Part shown: in pieces, positions 22,034-32,957 of the stretch
Layout of the letters: every line of letters begins with the position of its first letter
Numbering within the stretch: the stretch's first letter is position 1
DNA from: Calditrichia bacterium
GTDB lineage: Bacteria > Calditrichota > Calditrichia > JAJRVZ01
Length of the DNA: 64,000 nucleotides
NCBI GenBank assembly: GCA_963796965.1
Contig: CAWCNS010000006.1
Location: 288,001-352,000 of the forward strand
Direction of reading: 5' to 3'
Program-made: the position numbers and the translations under genes
The notes under the pieces: generated by a model
Databases searched by the model: none
The model's input: only the letters and a program-made list of their open reading frames with translations
Told to the model about the DNA's origin: nothing

Positions 22034-23229
22034 TAAGTCCTTCCGGGATAGACCCTTAGGCCTTCATCTAAAATATGCATTGCTTTTTTTATATCCTCTA
22101 CATTTAAGACATAGGCAATCCGTACCTCATCTTGCCCTAAACCCGGAGATGAATAAAAGCCATTTGCAGGCGCTACCATCACTGTTTCTTCGTTAATTTG
22201 GAAATCTGTTAACAGCCATTGTGCAAATTTATCAGCATCATCAACCGGGAGTTTGGCAACAAGATAGAACGCCCCTTTAGGATTAGGTGCCACAACGCCG
22301 GGCATATTATTTAAAGCGGCCACCATCACATTCCGGCGTTCCGTGTATTCATCCATTACTTCCTGAAAATATGAATCCGGTGTATTTATCCCCGCCTCTG
22401 CCCCTAATTGCTCGAGAGTGGGGGGACATAACCTGGCCATACCGAACTTTAATGCCGTATTGGTGATATCATGGTTTTTAGAGATCACACATCCGATCCT
22501 GGCTCCACAAGCAGAATATCGTTTTGAAATACTGTCCAGCAATATGGCCCGATCATCGATGCCTTGTAAATGCATAACACTGGTATGATCCAAACCATCG
22601 TAACAGAATTCCCTGTAAACCTCATCAGCCAAAAGAAACAAATCATATTCGAGGACGATTTCGCGCAAGGCTTCCAACTCCTCACGTGAATAGACATATC
22701 CCGTTGGATTGTTCGGATTACAGATAAGAATCGCCCGTGTTTTTTTGTTAATCTTACTTCGAAGAGAATCAATGGGGGGTAGTTGAAAATCATCTTCGAT
22801 AGTAGACGTGATTGGGACTATTTTTGCAGCAGCCTCCATAGCAAAACCATTATAATTTGTATAGAAAGGTTCCGGAACAATTACCTCATCCCCGGGATCT
22901 GTGATGGCCATTAAAGCAAAAATTATCGCTTCACTTCCTCCTGTAGTAACGATAATATCATCTAAGTCCAGTGAAATATCAAATCGCTTGTAATAATCTA
23001 TCAATTTTTTTCTGTAGGATGTTATTCCTGCCGAGGGGCCATATTCCAGCACGGTTCGCCCATGTTTTTCGATAGCATTCCAGTATGTATCTGGTGTATG
23101 GATATCTGGTTGGCCTATATTAAGATGATAAACATGACGTCCTTTTTCTTTTGCCTGATCTGCAAAAGGAACTAACTTTCGAATGGGAGAGGAGGGCATT
23201 GCATTACCACGTGTCGATAATTTGGGCAT
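22033..23229 (-). CDS. PLP-dependent aminotransferase class I/II (aspartate aminotransferase-like)
   Basis: HLNIGQPD, CNPNNPTG, DEVYREF, DSISKRYSACGARIG. Confidence 0.93.
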   Translation of the reverse strand: MPKLSTRGNAMPSSPIRKLVPFADQAKEKGRHVYHLNIGQPDIHTPDTYWNAIEKHGRTVLEYGPSAGITSYRKKLIDYYKRFDISLDLDDIIVTTGGSEAIIFALMAITDPGDEVIVPEPFYTNYNGFAMEAAAKIVPITSTIEDDFQLPPIDSLRSKINKKTRAILICNPNNPTGYVYSREELEALREIVLEYDLFLLADEVYREFCYDGLDHTSVMHLQGIDDRAILLDSISKRYSACGARIGCVISKNHDITNTALKFGMARLCPPTLEQLGAEAGINTPDSYFQEVMDEYTERRNVMVAALNNMPGVVAPNPKGAFYLVAKLPVDDADKFAQWLLTDFQINEETVMVAPANGFYSSPGLGQDEVRIAYVLNVEDIKKAMHILDEGLRVYPGRT

Positions 23230-23292
23230 TTATTTACCTTTTCTTTATTACTTGATTAAATATGTACTGTTTATAATACAAAAAATGAATAG

Positions 23293-23324
23293 AAATATCC
23301 AATATCCACCAGAGGAATTCCCAA
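23293..23324. repeat. Dispersed intergenic repeat family A (TTGGATA-heptamer based)
   Basis: Reverse complement matches 24172-24202 at 26 of 32 positions. Confidence 0.7.
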
Positions 23325-23383
23325 CCGATGAATTGGTTCAAGGTGGATATATTCACAATTTGGCGTTTTCCTCCAATACCAAA

Positions 23384-24028
23384 TTACTCATTACACTTTT
23401 CTTTTCTATAGTATTCACAAAATGCGTATAGAAAACAGTCTTCGCATAAAGGATTCCGCGCCCGGCATATTTTGCGGCCATGCCAAATTAACCAATGGTG
23501 TGCATCTGACCAATTTTTTTGAGGAATATTGCTCATTAAATCTTTTTCTGTCTGCAGGACATCTTTGGCGTTAGCTAATCCAATACGGTTTGAAACACGG
23601 AACACGTGGGTATCAACCGCAATAGCCTGAAAGTCAGTGGCAATGCTCAGAACAACATTGGCTGTTTTTCTACCCACTCCCGGTAATTCCATAAGATCTT
23701 CCCGGGTTTCCGGGACTACTCCATCATACTTATCTACCAATAGTCTGCAAGTCGCCAGTACATTTTTTGCTTTTGACTTATACAAACCAACTGTCTTGAT
23801 CTTCTCCTCCATTTCCTCCAGGGAAAGAGAAAGAAAGCTTTTAGCATCCGGATAATCGGGAAAAATATCTTTTGTTACAATATTAACCCGCTTATCTGTA
23901 CTCTGGGCCGCTAACATGGTGGATATGAGAAGCTGGAAAGGTGTACCAAAATTTAGAGCCGTTGTAGTATCGGAATAATTGGATTTTAATAGTTCTAGTA
24001 CTTTTGATATTGATGATTTTTTGAGCAT
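23384..24028 (-). CDS. nth: Endonuclease III
   Basis: LAAQSTDKRVN, HhH LPGVGRKTANVV, AVDTHVFRV, 4Fe-4S motif C-X6-C-X2-C-X5-C. Confidence 0.96.
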   Translation of the reverse strand: MLKKSSISKVLELLKSNYSDTTTALNFGTPFQLLISTMLAAQSTDKRVNIVTKDIFPDYPDAKSFLSLSLEEMEEKIKTVGLYKSKAKNVLATCRLLVDKYDGVVPETREDLMELPGVGRKTANVVLSIATDFQAIAVDTHVFRVSNRIGLANAKDVLQTEKDLMSNIPQKNWSDAHHWLIWHGRKICRARNPLCEDCFLYAFCEYYRKEKCNE

Positions 24029-24171
24029 ATGTGTTTTTATTTATTAGGAATTTTCCACATCGTTTGTTTAATTCAATTCTGGCGCTGTGGCTAATTACGA
24101 TTGTGTGAAGGAAAAAATGAATCAATCTCTGATATATCGACGCGATTAAAAATCCATCGTTATATTCTCTC

Positions 24172-24260
24172 TTGGACATTCTCTGCTGGATATTGGACAC
24201 TTTGATATAGCACCTATCATTAAATGCACAATATCCAACAGCTAAGTCTCAATATTCAAG
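24172..24260. repeat. Repeat family A, inverted pair
   Basis: ttggacattctctgctggatattggacac ... caatatccaacagctaagtctcaatattcaag. Confidence 0.65.
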
Positions 24261-24274
24261 TATTTAAAAAAATA

Positions 24275-24300
24275 ATAAAGCCCTCATCGGAGGGCTTTAT
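24275..24300 (-). terminator. Intrinsic terminator after the TonB-dependent receptor
   Basis: ATAAAGCCCTC-ATCG-GAGGGCTTTAT perfect 11-bp stem, T-rich tail on the minus strand. Confidence 0.85.
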
Positions 24301-24321
24301 AAGTTACCATTCTGATCATTA

Positions 24322-27099
24322 TCAGTAAGTAAATGATAAACCGAAATTACTGAATGCTGGTAATCCGAAAAAGACTTCGGCATCATCAGCATCATGATCA
24401 TAATCCCAGGCATTATATTGACTATTATCTGTTGCATCCTGGATCCATACTGTATTAAATACATTAAAGAAATGAGCAAAGAATTGTACATTAATTCCAT
24501 TCCATGATCCCGGAAGATTATAAGCCATATGCAGATCGAAGATATTTGCAGAAGGAATTAGCCAGCTTTGCGTCCTGTCGCCTTTAACATTTCTTGTAAA
24601 TGCATCAAAATTCGCATAATGATCATTATAATTTTTGTAAATCAGAGTAGCGCTTAAACCAGTAATGGGAAAAATCGTTGTTCCCAGTGAAAATTGTGTT
24701 TGCGGTGCGTCACCGACTTTAAGATCTTTAATATAAAAGTTGTAGTTTACATCATCTGTCGTAACCGATAACACGTGTAAAACCACTTACATCTTTTGTA
24801 TATTTCCAGTCACCGGCAGAAAAAGCATAATTAAAGCGAAAAATTCGGATGGTTGCCAATATCCTTCAAATTCAATACCCATATGTCTGGCATCAACCCC
24901 CTTCATATAAACCAGAACTTCTTCACCCTCTAAATCATATTCATCATCTTTAAATGTTCTGTTGTACCAGCTGGTATGATATCCATTTATATTTAAACCA
25001 AATGTACGATCTTTGGAAATATAACCCAATCCGAGCTCAATGCCAACGAATTCCTCATTTTCGAGCATCATCATTTACAATACCAGAAACATCATCAATA
25101 ACATCATCAAAAATTGGTACTTTCGATACATATCCAAGATTTCCATACATGTTGACATTATCTGAAAAACGATAACTGGCACCACCTTTAATTTGGTAAC
25201 CGTTAAACCATTCAGTCTCAGTGGAAAGCTCACCACTGCTAAGATCTGGTCTTCCATCAGCGAGGGAATCAGCAGCTCTGAAATGGTTCGTATAGTTATA
25301 CTTAATCGTAGACCAACCCACCATTCCAAAAGCAGTTACTGGACCTTCCGTATATTCAGCCTGACCATAAAAGCCAAGCCAATCAACAGTATTTGTGAAG
25401 TTATAAGCAACTTTGTCGCCTAGTTTCCTTTTCATTTGAGATTCTGACCAGAAATCACTGGTATCTTCTTCAACAGCTCGTGGATCAAAATAGGTGCCGC
25501 CAAGCAAGATCCCTAACTTCTCGAAAATGTTCAATTTTTGCTGTTCTTCCGTCTATACCAAATGAAGTTTGAAGATTGTCCGTGGTTTTCCAGAAGGTTT
25601 TTGCAATTACACCATATGTATTCTGGTCATTACCGGCTATTGCGAAGAATGCCGAGAGATTGGCCTTTTTCTTTAGTGTAGTATCTTTTATCAATCCAGG
25701 CATTTGTTGAATCACGATTAATGGCTATTGTAGCATCCCAGTCCCATGTCCAGGGGGAACCAAAATAATAGTACTTTCCGGTCTTCCTGATCATATGGCC
25801 CTTCACAGGATTGATGAACCAAATCCCCAAGTTCACCACTTCCACCACCCTGACCACCAGACCAGTAAGCAATCGTATAGAGGCTGATTTTGTCAGATAA
25901 TTGTGAAAACCAGTTCAAATTAACCAACGGTTTATGGTAGTAATTCTCTCTATGCATAATAGAATGAGGGATCATACCGATCGTCTGTCTGCTCGTTCCA
26001 ATACTGTTTATCCGTATAGGAAGGATCGACAGGAGCCCAGTTCTGATTGAAATTTCTTCCAACCATATTAAATTTTTCTAATGCTTCTCTGTCATAGCCA
26101 CCCTGACTTAAAGCAAAGTTTGTACTGTAAACGCCAATATTTTGCATATAAAGATTTTGTCCATGACGTTGAGGCGCACCAAGGGCAAAAAGCTGTAACG
26201 TGTTGTTATCATTAATGTTATAAGATGCACCAAGATAATAAGCCCAGGCATCGGTCCAGGTTTTATCGACAATACCTCTTCCCGTTTTTCGGATAATCGA
26301 ACCACTGACCGCGAATTTATCATTGATTAATCCTGAATGGCCAGTAGAAAGTCGTCTTTTGAAATCCCGCTGATCCATACTCCTGCTTGAAAAGTAATCC
26401 CGCATCATGTGCTGCAGGATCAGTAACAATATTCATTGTACCGCCAATTGAGGGCGTTGCCAGGTTTACAGCGCTAAGACCACGTTGAACCTGGATCGAA
26501 GAAGTCGCATCTGCGACACCATCCCAGTTTGACCAATAGAGCCAACCGTTTTCCATGTCGTTAACCGGCATACCGTTGATCATAATAGCCACATTGCGTT
26601 GGTTAAAACCGCGAATATTCATACGTGCATCACCAGCACCACCTCCTGCCACAGTTGCATAAACACTAGGTGTCGTATTTAAAACCATTGGAATATCCTG
26701 TGATCCCAGCGTGAGCTGCATACGCTCTTTTGTGACATTAGAAAAGGCAACCGGCGTCTCACGCTCTTTTGCCCGGTCAGCAACAACATTAATAGTTTTG
26801 GCAAATAAATATTCAACTAACTCAAAGTCATAAGTCACGGTTCCGGAAACTGTTATGCTCGTTGCTTGTTCTGCAAATCCGACATACTCACATTTTAATA
26901 CATAAACACCATCTTTTACATCAAATGAATAAACACCACCTTCATCGGTGGCTGCACCAATTGGCCATCCTTGCAAATACACATTTGCACCAGCTAAAGG
27001 ATCTCCTGTTGCCTTACTTGTTACCTTACCAGAGATGGTCCCGGCAAAAGAAGCAGAAACAAGCAATAAACTTAATAAAATTAGTAAAATGGGTCTCAA
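24322..27099 (-). CDS. TonB-dependent receptor with N-terminal CarboxypepD_reg-like domain, many frameshifts
   Basis: GTISGKVTSKATGDPLAGANV; plug GGAGDARMNIRGF..NVAIMINGMPVND..IQVQRG..SIGGTMNI; barrel fragments; terminal NFGLSFTY; TTG start after GGAGG. Confidence 0.9.
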
Positions 27100-27288
27100 A
27101 ACAATTCCTCCTTCTATAATAGGTTTTGTGAATAGACGTATGTAAAAATCACGTAAATTTATAATTCATTAGTTAATAAAAAATTTAATCTGTTTGTGGA
27201 TTATATTAGATGGCGAGGTGTTTTTCATCCAATCCCCTTGTGCTGTTATGCCCCCCAAAAGGCATGCGACAAATGTCACTTTAACGTT

Positions 27289-27319
27289 CAAATCTAATAG
27301 TATTCCCTTTGATTGTCAA
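27289..27319 (-). promoter_or_regulatory. Sigma70-type promoter of the TonB receptor
   Basis: TTGACA-17bp-TAGATT(TG). Confidence 0.65.
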
Positions 27320-27568
27320 CAGCCCAAAGAGGGCAAAATTTAGAGTAATTTTGAGATTTTTCTATGAAAATGATGCTAAGTTTATTAGGAACTGAAACTT
27401 AAAAATCTTGATCAAATCAAAAAAAAATATACTTTTTTTTTCTCCTGAAAATTTGTCTGTTTTAAATTGCGAAAACCAAAAAAATATCTAAATTTGACAC
27501 GTCCTATTAAACCCGTATTTTATCACTATTGGGAAGAAGAGATAAAGATATGGGATCCGGTGTATACA

Positions 27569-27624
27569 TTTGAAATTTAGGATTTGGTTATTGGCAATTA
27601 TTTAGAGTTTAGAAATTAGGATAT
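27569..27624 (+). repeat. Degenerate heptamer tandem repeat upstream of tex
   Basis: TTTGAAA TTTAGGA TTTGGTT ATTGGCA ... TTTAGAG TTTAGAA ATTAGGA. Confidence 0.55.
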
Positions 27625-27629
27625 AATAT

Positions 27630-29795
27630 ATGATGTCAGAAGAACAGTTATTTGAAATTATTGCAAAGGAATTGCAACTGAACCTTATACAGGTTCGGAA
27701 TACAATAGAGATGCTGGATGATGATAATACCGTTCCCTTTATTTCGCGCTATAGGAAAGAAAGAACCGGTAGTTTGGATGAAGATCAGATAAGAGATATT
27801 GAGGACAGAATTAAATATTTACGTGCCCTTGTATCACGGAAAGATACGATTCTCCGTTCCATTGAAGAACAGGGTAAGTTGACCCCGGAACTACAAAAGA
27901 AAATTGAATCAACGATGAAGTTGCCGGAACTGGAGGACCTGTATCTACCCTATCGACCGAAGAAAAAAACGCGGGCGACAGTTGCCAAAGAAAAAGGACT
28001 TGAGCCGATGGCACAAATAATTCTCGCCCAGGAAATAGTTGAGGGCGATCCGCTTGAAATATGCAAGGAATATCTAAATCCGGACAAGGATCTTTCCAAA
28101 CCTGAAGAAGTGCTGGATGGTGCTAAAGATATTGTAGCTGAAATCATGTCCGAAAATGCGGATCTTCGCAAAAAAATTCGAGAATTCATGAATAAAAGTG
28201 GTATGGTTTGCACATCAGCAAAGACTAAAAGTGAAAATCGCGATTATGAAATGTATGCCGACTATAGTGAACCGGTTACCCAGATCCCCCCACATCGAAT
28301 TTTGGCAATAAACCGCGGGGAAAAAGAAAAGGCTCTTTCTGTAACCATTGACATCGATTTGGATAAGATAATGGCACCCTTACAGAATTATTATATTAAT
28401 AATAATAAATCGATATTCTATGATATATTATTAGACATCGTCAAAGATGCCTATACCCGATTAATTGCCCCGGCTGTACAGAGGGAAATCAGAGCCGATT
28501 TAACAGAAAAATCTGAAAAACATGCCATTGGAGTTTTTGCAATAAACTTGAAAAATTTACTCCTTCAACCCCCTCTAAAAAATCAAAAGATTATGGGTAT
28601 AGATCCCGGTTTCCGAACGGGCTGCAAAGTGGCAATTATTGATGAGACAGGAAAATATCTGGTTGGTGAAACAATTTATCCTCATCCCCCACAAAAAAAA
28701 TACTTTGAAGCGAAATCACTTCTGCGGGAATTAATCGATAAATATAAAATTGATATCATCGCTATCGGAAATGGTACAGCAAGCCGAGAAACAGAATCAA
28801 TGGTAGCCGATCTTATAAAAGAGATCAAAGAGGAGCGTGAGGTCTTCTATGTAATCGTAAGCGAGGCAGGTGCTTCGGTCTATTCTGCTTCCAAAATTGC
28901 TAAAGAGGAATTCCCTGATCTGGAAGCAAGTTTACGCGGAAACATATCCATCGCCCGACGCCTGCAGGATCCACTTGCCGAATTGGTTAAAATTGACCCA
29001 AAAAGCATAGGTGTCGGACTTTATCAACATGATGTTAATCAGAAGCAGTTGGCAGAAAAATTAGACGAGGTCATAGAATCATGTGTCAACTTGGTTGGTG
29101 TTGATCTTAACACCGCTTCAAAAGCATTACTTGTTCATATTTCAGGTTTGAATAAAAAAACGGCTGAAAGAATAGTTACCTACCGCGAAAAATCGGGTCG
29201 GTTTAAAAACCGGGAAGAATTAAAGAAAATTGAGGGGATTGGTGACGCCGCTTTTGAACAATCTTCCGGATTCTTACGCATCACCGATGGAGACAACCCA
29301 CTTGATGCCACATCCATACATCCGGAGTCATATGAAGCAACAAAAAGGCTGATGCATAAATTTTCAATTTCTGATCCCATATCCGAAGGACGTCAGTTAA
29401 AGACACAGTTAAAGAGTGACGATCTTTCCTTACAAACTATTGCAGAAGAGATTGGTGTCGGTTTGCCGACCCTTGAAGATATTCTTGATGATCTTGAAAA
29501 GCCAGGCCAAGATCCCCGTGATGAGATGACCAAACCAGTGTTTCGAAGCGACGTTCTTAAAATGGAAGATCTGAAGGAGGAGATGATCTTAAAAGGAACG
29601 GTACGGAATGTTGTTGACTTTGGAGCCTTCGTCGATATTGGAGTAAAACAAGATGGGCTTGTCCATGTGAGTCAAATGAATAAAGGATATGTCAAATCAC
29701 CCTATGAAATTTTACAGGTAGGGGATGTCATTGAAGTAAGGGTTATCTCAATAGATATTGAGCGGGGTCGTGTTGCCTTGTCTATGAAATTGTAG
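27630..29795 (+). CDS. tex: Tex/YhgF RNA-binding transcriptional accessory protein
   Basis: TVPFISRYRKERTG, GIDPGFRTGCK, IGNGTASRET, EAGASVYSAS, IGVGLYQHD, C-terminal S1 domain. Confidence 0.96.
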   Translation: MMSEEQLFEIIAKELQLNLIQVRNTIEMLDDDNTVPFISRYRKERTGSLDEDQIRDIEDRIKYLRALVSRKDTILRSIEEQGKLTPELQKKIESTMKLPELEDLYLPYRPKKKTRATVAKEKGLEPMAQIILAQEIVEGDPLEICKEYLNPDKDLSKPEEVLDGAKDIVAEIMSENADLRKKIREFMNKSGMVCTSAKTKSENRDYEMYADYSEPVTQIPPHRILAINRGEKEKALSVTIDIDLDKIMAPLQNYYINNNKSIFYDILLDIVKDAYTRLIAPAVQREIRADLTEKSEKHAIGVFAINLKNLLLQPPLKNQKIMGIDPGFRTGCKVAIIDETGKYLVGETIYPHPPQKKYFEAKSLLRELIDKYKIDIIAIGNGTASRETESMVADLIKEIKEEREVFYVIVSEAGASVYSASKIAKEEFPDLEASLRGNISIARRLQDPLAELVKIDPKSIGVGLYQHDVNQKQLAEKLDEVIESCVNLVGVDLNTASKALLVHISGLNKKTAERIVTYREKSGRFKNREELKKIEGIGDAAFEQSSGFLRITDGDNPLDATSIHPESYEATKRLMHKFSISDPISEGRQLKTQLKSDDLSLQTIAEEIGVGLPTLEDILDDLEKPGQDPRDEMTKPVFRSDVLKMEDLKEEMILKGTVRNVVDFGAFVDIGVKQDGLVHVSQMNKGYVKSPYEILQVGDVIEVRVISIDIERGRVALSMKL

Positions 29796-29803
29796 GAGGT
29801 CTT

Positions 29804-31306
29804 GTGGAGATTAGCTATATCGATGCATCTATAATTCTATTTTATTTAATTGTTGTTGCCTTGATTGGATCTTTGTCCGGGGGAAAGCAAAAAACAACAA
29901 AAGATTATTTTATGGGGGGAAAAGATGTTCCCTGGTGGGCAGTCTCCTTTTCAATTGTTGCAGCGGAGACAAGCAGCCTTACCTTTATAAGTATTCCCGG
30001 GCTGGCCTATTTAACCAATCTAAATTTTCTTCAACTTACATTAGGGTATTTATTTGCCCGTATACTTGTTGCTGTTTTTTTTCTACCTTCTTACCGCAAG
30101 GGAGAATTGGCTACCGCCTATACCTTTCTGGAAAATCGATTTGGATATAAGACCAGACGCTATGCTTCCTCAATCTTTCTTTTTACCCGTGTAGCTGCTG
30201 ATGGTGTGCGTTTATTCTCTACGGCGATCCCTTTGGCTTTAATCTTTAAATCGACCGCCTACTTCAGTCAATGGAGCAATTTTGAAATATATGTCGTTTC
30301 TATTATTATTATCACAGTAGTTAGCCTCGTCTATACCTATACTGGTGGTGTTAAAGGTGTTATCTGGGCCGATGTACTTCAGATGTTTATCTATATTGGC
30401 GGAGCAACATTAGCATTAATCATATTACTAGATCATTTACCATCCTCATTTAGCTGGTCAACCCTGGGAACAAAAACTCAAATATTTAATTTCGATTTTG
30501 GGTCCAGTTTTGGTGACTTTTTTAACAAACCATACACATTGATTGGAAGTCTGATTGGTGGAACATTTTTATCAATGGCCTCACATGGAACGGACCAATT
30601 GATTGTTCAGAGGTTATTAACAACCCGGACATTAAAAGATAGTCAGAAAGCAATCATTGGGAGTGGTGTAATGGTTATTTTTCAGTTTGCACTATTTATG
30701 GTTGTTGGACTTTTACTCTATGTTTTCTTTAAAGGTGTTCCATTGACCGATCCATCTGCACCTTTTCATAAAGCTGATGAAATTTTTCCCCTTTTTATTA
30801 TCCACTATCTTCCGGTCGGAATCAAAGGATTGATTATCGCCGGACTTTTTGCCGCTGCCATGTCTACACTCGCCGGATCTATTAGTTCGCTATCTTCTTC
30901 TGCGATGCTTGACCTTTATAAACCCTATTTTGCAAAAGAAGATAATCCTCTACGCGATTTAAAGATCTCTCGACTTCTTACAATTATATGGGCGATAATA
31001 TTGACCTTCGTCGCTTTTCTTTTTATCCAGGTTCAGCAATCAGTTGTTGAAATTGCTTTGGGAATAGCATCTATTACATATGGCGGTTTGCTGGGGACCT
31101 TCTTGTTAGGCCGATTCTTCAAGAGTACCGAGGAACCCGGAGCCATTGCTGGTTTTACTTCCGCCATTGCCGTAATGCTGATGATCATTCTCATTCCAAA
31201 ACTGCTTGGAACCTCCCCTATTGTTCACTGGACGTGGTTTGTCGCTATCGGCTCAACAGTATGTATCATAGTGGGAACCCTGTGGCCCGCAAAAAAGGGT
31301 CAGTAA
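29804..31306 (+). CDS. Sodium:solute symporter (SSS family)
   Basis: DYFMGGKDVPWWAVSFSIVAAETS, HGTDQLIVQRLL, FAAAMSTL. Confidence 0.93.
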   Translation: MEISYIDASIILFYLIVVALIGSLSGGKQKTTKDYFMGGKDVPWWAVSFSIVAAETSSLTFISIPGLAYLTNLNFLQLTLGYLFARILVAVFFLPSYRKGELATAYTFLENRFGYKTRRYASSIFLFTRVAADGVRLFSTAIPLALIFKSTAYFSQWSNFEIYVVSIIIITVVSLVYTYTGGVKGVIWADVLQMFIYIGGATLALIILLDHLPSSFSWSTLGTKTQIFNFDFGSSFGDFFNKPYTLIGSLIGGTFLSMASHGTDQLIVQRLLTTRTLKDSQKAIIGSGVMVIFQFALFMVVGLLLYVFFKGVPLTDPSAPFHKADEIFPLFIIHYLPVGIKGLIIAGLFAAAMSTLAGSISSLSSSAMLDLYKPYFAKEDNPLRDLKISRLLTIIWAIILTFVAFLFIQVQQSVVEIALGIASITYGGLLGTFLLGRFFKSTEEPGAIAGFTSAIAVMLMIILIPKLLGTSPIVHWTWFVAIGSTVCIIVGTLWPAKKGQ

Positions 31307-31351
31307 TGAAAAGTTATCAAGCCACCAATGAGATGTAATTAAAATAATCTA

Positions 31352-31377
31352 AAATTCGTGAAATTCGTGAAATTCGT
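31352..31377 (+). repeat. Nonamer tandem repeat (AAATTCGTG) x3
   Basis: aaattcgtg aaattcgtg aaattcgt between convergent genes. Confidence 0.7.
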
Positions 31378-31407
31378 TTTAATTTGTGGATAGATTTATT
31401 GAGGGTT

Positions 31408-31971
31408 TTAGCGAAAGTCATTCTCGGAGAAAATTTCAGCGGAGAAAATTTTGATCTTGGTTGACGGATCTTTCCAGGCAGAGGAGGGCAGCCCTGCTTT
31501 TTTACAGGTTTGTTCAAGAAACGTAAATCTATCCCATTTATATTCAACCGCGACCTGAGGGAGCAACAACCCCCGTCTCATATATTGTTCAATGATCAAA
31601 CCATGTTTACCTACTTCGATTTCATTTATATCTTTTATAGAAGATAATGGGGAAAGGACTGATATTTCGATCTGTAAATTATCAACTTCCGTTTTATCGA
31701 CGGCTGGAAAACGAGGATCATCAAATGCCGCGGCGACCGCCATTTCTTCTACCTCCTGTTGAAGTGGTCCCATCCCTTCTACATACCCAATACAACCACG
31801 CAATTGACCGTTCTCATGGAGCGTAACAAAGACTCCCAGAGATTGTTCAAGAGATTTTGAAAAAGCTCTCTGTTTATCCAAATCTCTATTATTTGCTTTA
31901 GAGGATATTATCAATCTGGCATGATTGAGAAGAAATTTTTTTTCTTTTTGGGTTAGCGAGAATTTACTCAT
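31408..31971 (-). CDS. amrA: AmmeMemoRadiSam system protein A (AMMECR1 family)
   Basis: GVFVTL..NGQLRGCIG, AAFDDPRFP, IEISVLSP, GLLLPQVA, KAGL. Confidence 0.95.
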   Translation of the reverse strand: MSKFSLTQKEKKFLLNHARLIISSKANNRDLDKQRAFSKSLEQSLGVFVTLHENGQLRGCIGYVEGMGPLQQEVEEMAVAAAFDDPRFPAVDKTEVDNLQIEISVLSPLSSIKDINEIEVGKHGLIIEQYMRRGLLLPQVAVEYKWDRFTFLEQTCKKAGLPSSAWKDPSTKIKIFSAEIFSENDFR

Positions 31972-32801
31972 GATTGATAAAAGATAGCAGATAAATAACC
32001 GACAACTTCTTTACGGTCTCCTGTGATATCTCCTGAATTTCTGTAGAGTAATACTTTGGACTGATCTGCACCCAATAGACTGGCAGCCTTCATTGCAGCA
32101 ATTGCAGGCCCCCCACCACACATTTCGCACCGTCCGTTTTGTAAATCCTTAAAAAGTCCATCACCATCAAAATTTTCAAGATGCTTTACAACAACTTGGT
32201 CTAACGTGTTGGCCTTTTCATCATCATAAAAATGAGAAAGATCTGTGGATGCCACTATCAATGCTTTTTCATTTTGCAAAACTGACTTTAAGGCATTTGC
32301 TAATACCTGAATATTATCCAGCGTATGTTCTCCCATAACAATAGGAACAAACCTGAACTGTGGCAGAACTTTTTGCAGAAAAGGTAATTGAACTTCTAGG
32401 GAATGTTCATCAAAACGATGGCCTTTGTCAGACAGAATGATCTGAGGGCTCGTATCAGCAATTTTATGAGCTAATTCCTGATCAACTTCCACACTTCCCA
32501 GGGGCGTTCTGTAGGCAAATCCATCGTAGATTGAGATTTCAGTAAAATATTCACAGTGACTCGGTGATATGACAACCGCCACATCAACATCACGTTCAAA
32601 TATCTGACGATATGCCCGCGCAGCCACACCACCAGAATACATATAACCAGCATGGGGGACGATTATCGCTTTAATTTCCCCCTTCAAATCTAACTCTCTG
32701 GATTCTTCCAGAATATAGGCGAGCTCCTGATCCAGTATCTGTTTCTTGTCTGGATAGAACATTCCTGCAACAGCAGGCTCGCGTATTTTTAAATTGTGCA
32801 T
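31968..32801 (-). CDS. amrB: AmmeMemoRadiSam system protein B (MEMO1 family)
   Basis: REPAVAGMFYP, PHAGYMYSG, EHSLEVQLPFLQ, ASTDLSHF, MCG, NSGD..VVGY. Confidence 0.95.
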   Translation of the reverse strand: MHNLKIREPAVAGMFYPDKKQILDQELAYILEESRELDLKGEIKAIIVPHAGYMYSGGVAARAYRQIFERDVDVAVVISPSHCEYFTEISIYDGFAYRTPLGSVEVDQELAHKIADTSPQIILSDKGHRFDEHSLEVQLPFLQKVLPQFRFVPIVMGEHTLDNIQVLANALKSVLQNEKALIVASTDLSHFYDDEKANTLDQVVVKHLENFDGDGLFKDLQNGRCEMCGGGPAIAAMKAASLLGADQSKVLLYRNSGDITGDRKEVVGYLSAIFYQS

Positions 32802-32822
32802 CTTTAGACTTTTTGCTCCATT

Positions 32823-32903
32823 TTTTAACCACAAAGTTCTCAAAGAAAAAATAATATAATCCTTTGGGTTCTTAGTGTCTTCTTGGTGTCCTTTGTGGTA
32901 AAA
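32823..32903. repeat. Repeat family B, CCACA...TGTGG-bounded palindromic element
   Basis: accacaaag (32828-32836) ... ctttgtggt (32891-32899) with internal short repeats. Confidence 0.65.
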
Positions 32904-32957
32904 AGATACTATGGTATTGCAGCAAATGCCAGCATTAATATAAAATACGATGAGGAT

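Noticed and set aside
23892..24200. 102-aa ORF upstream of and overlapping nth
   Set aside because: It starts inside a family A repeat, overlaps nth out of frame and has no recognisable domain.
27100..27340. Cobalamin riboswitch upstream of the TonB-dependent receptor
   Set aside because: AAAGGGAA is present but lies in the promoter spacer, with no downstream CCCGC-ACTGT or B12 box.
31352..31377. CRISPR array
   Set aside because: Contiguous 9-mers without spacers; no cas genes in the window.
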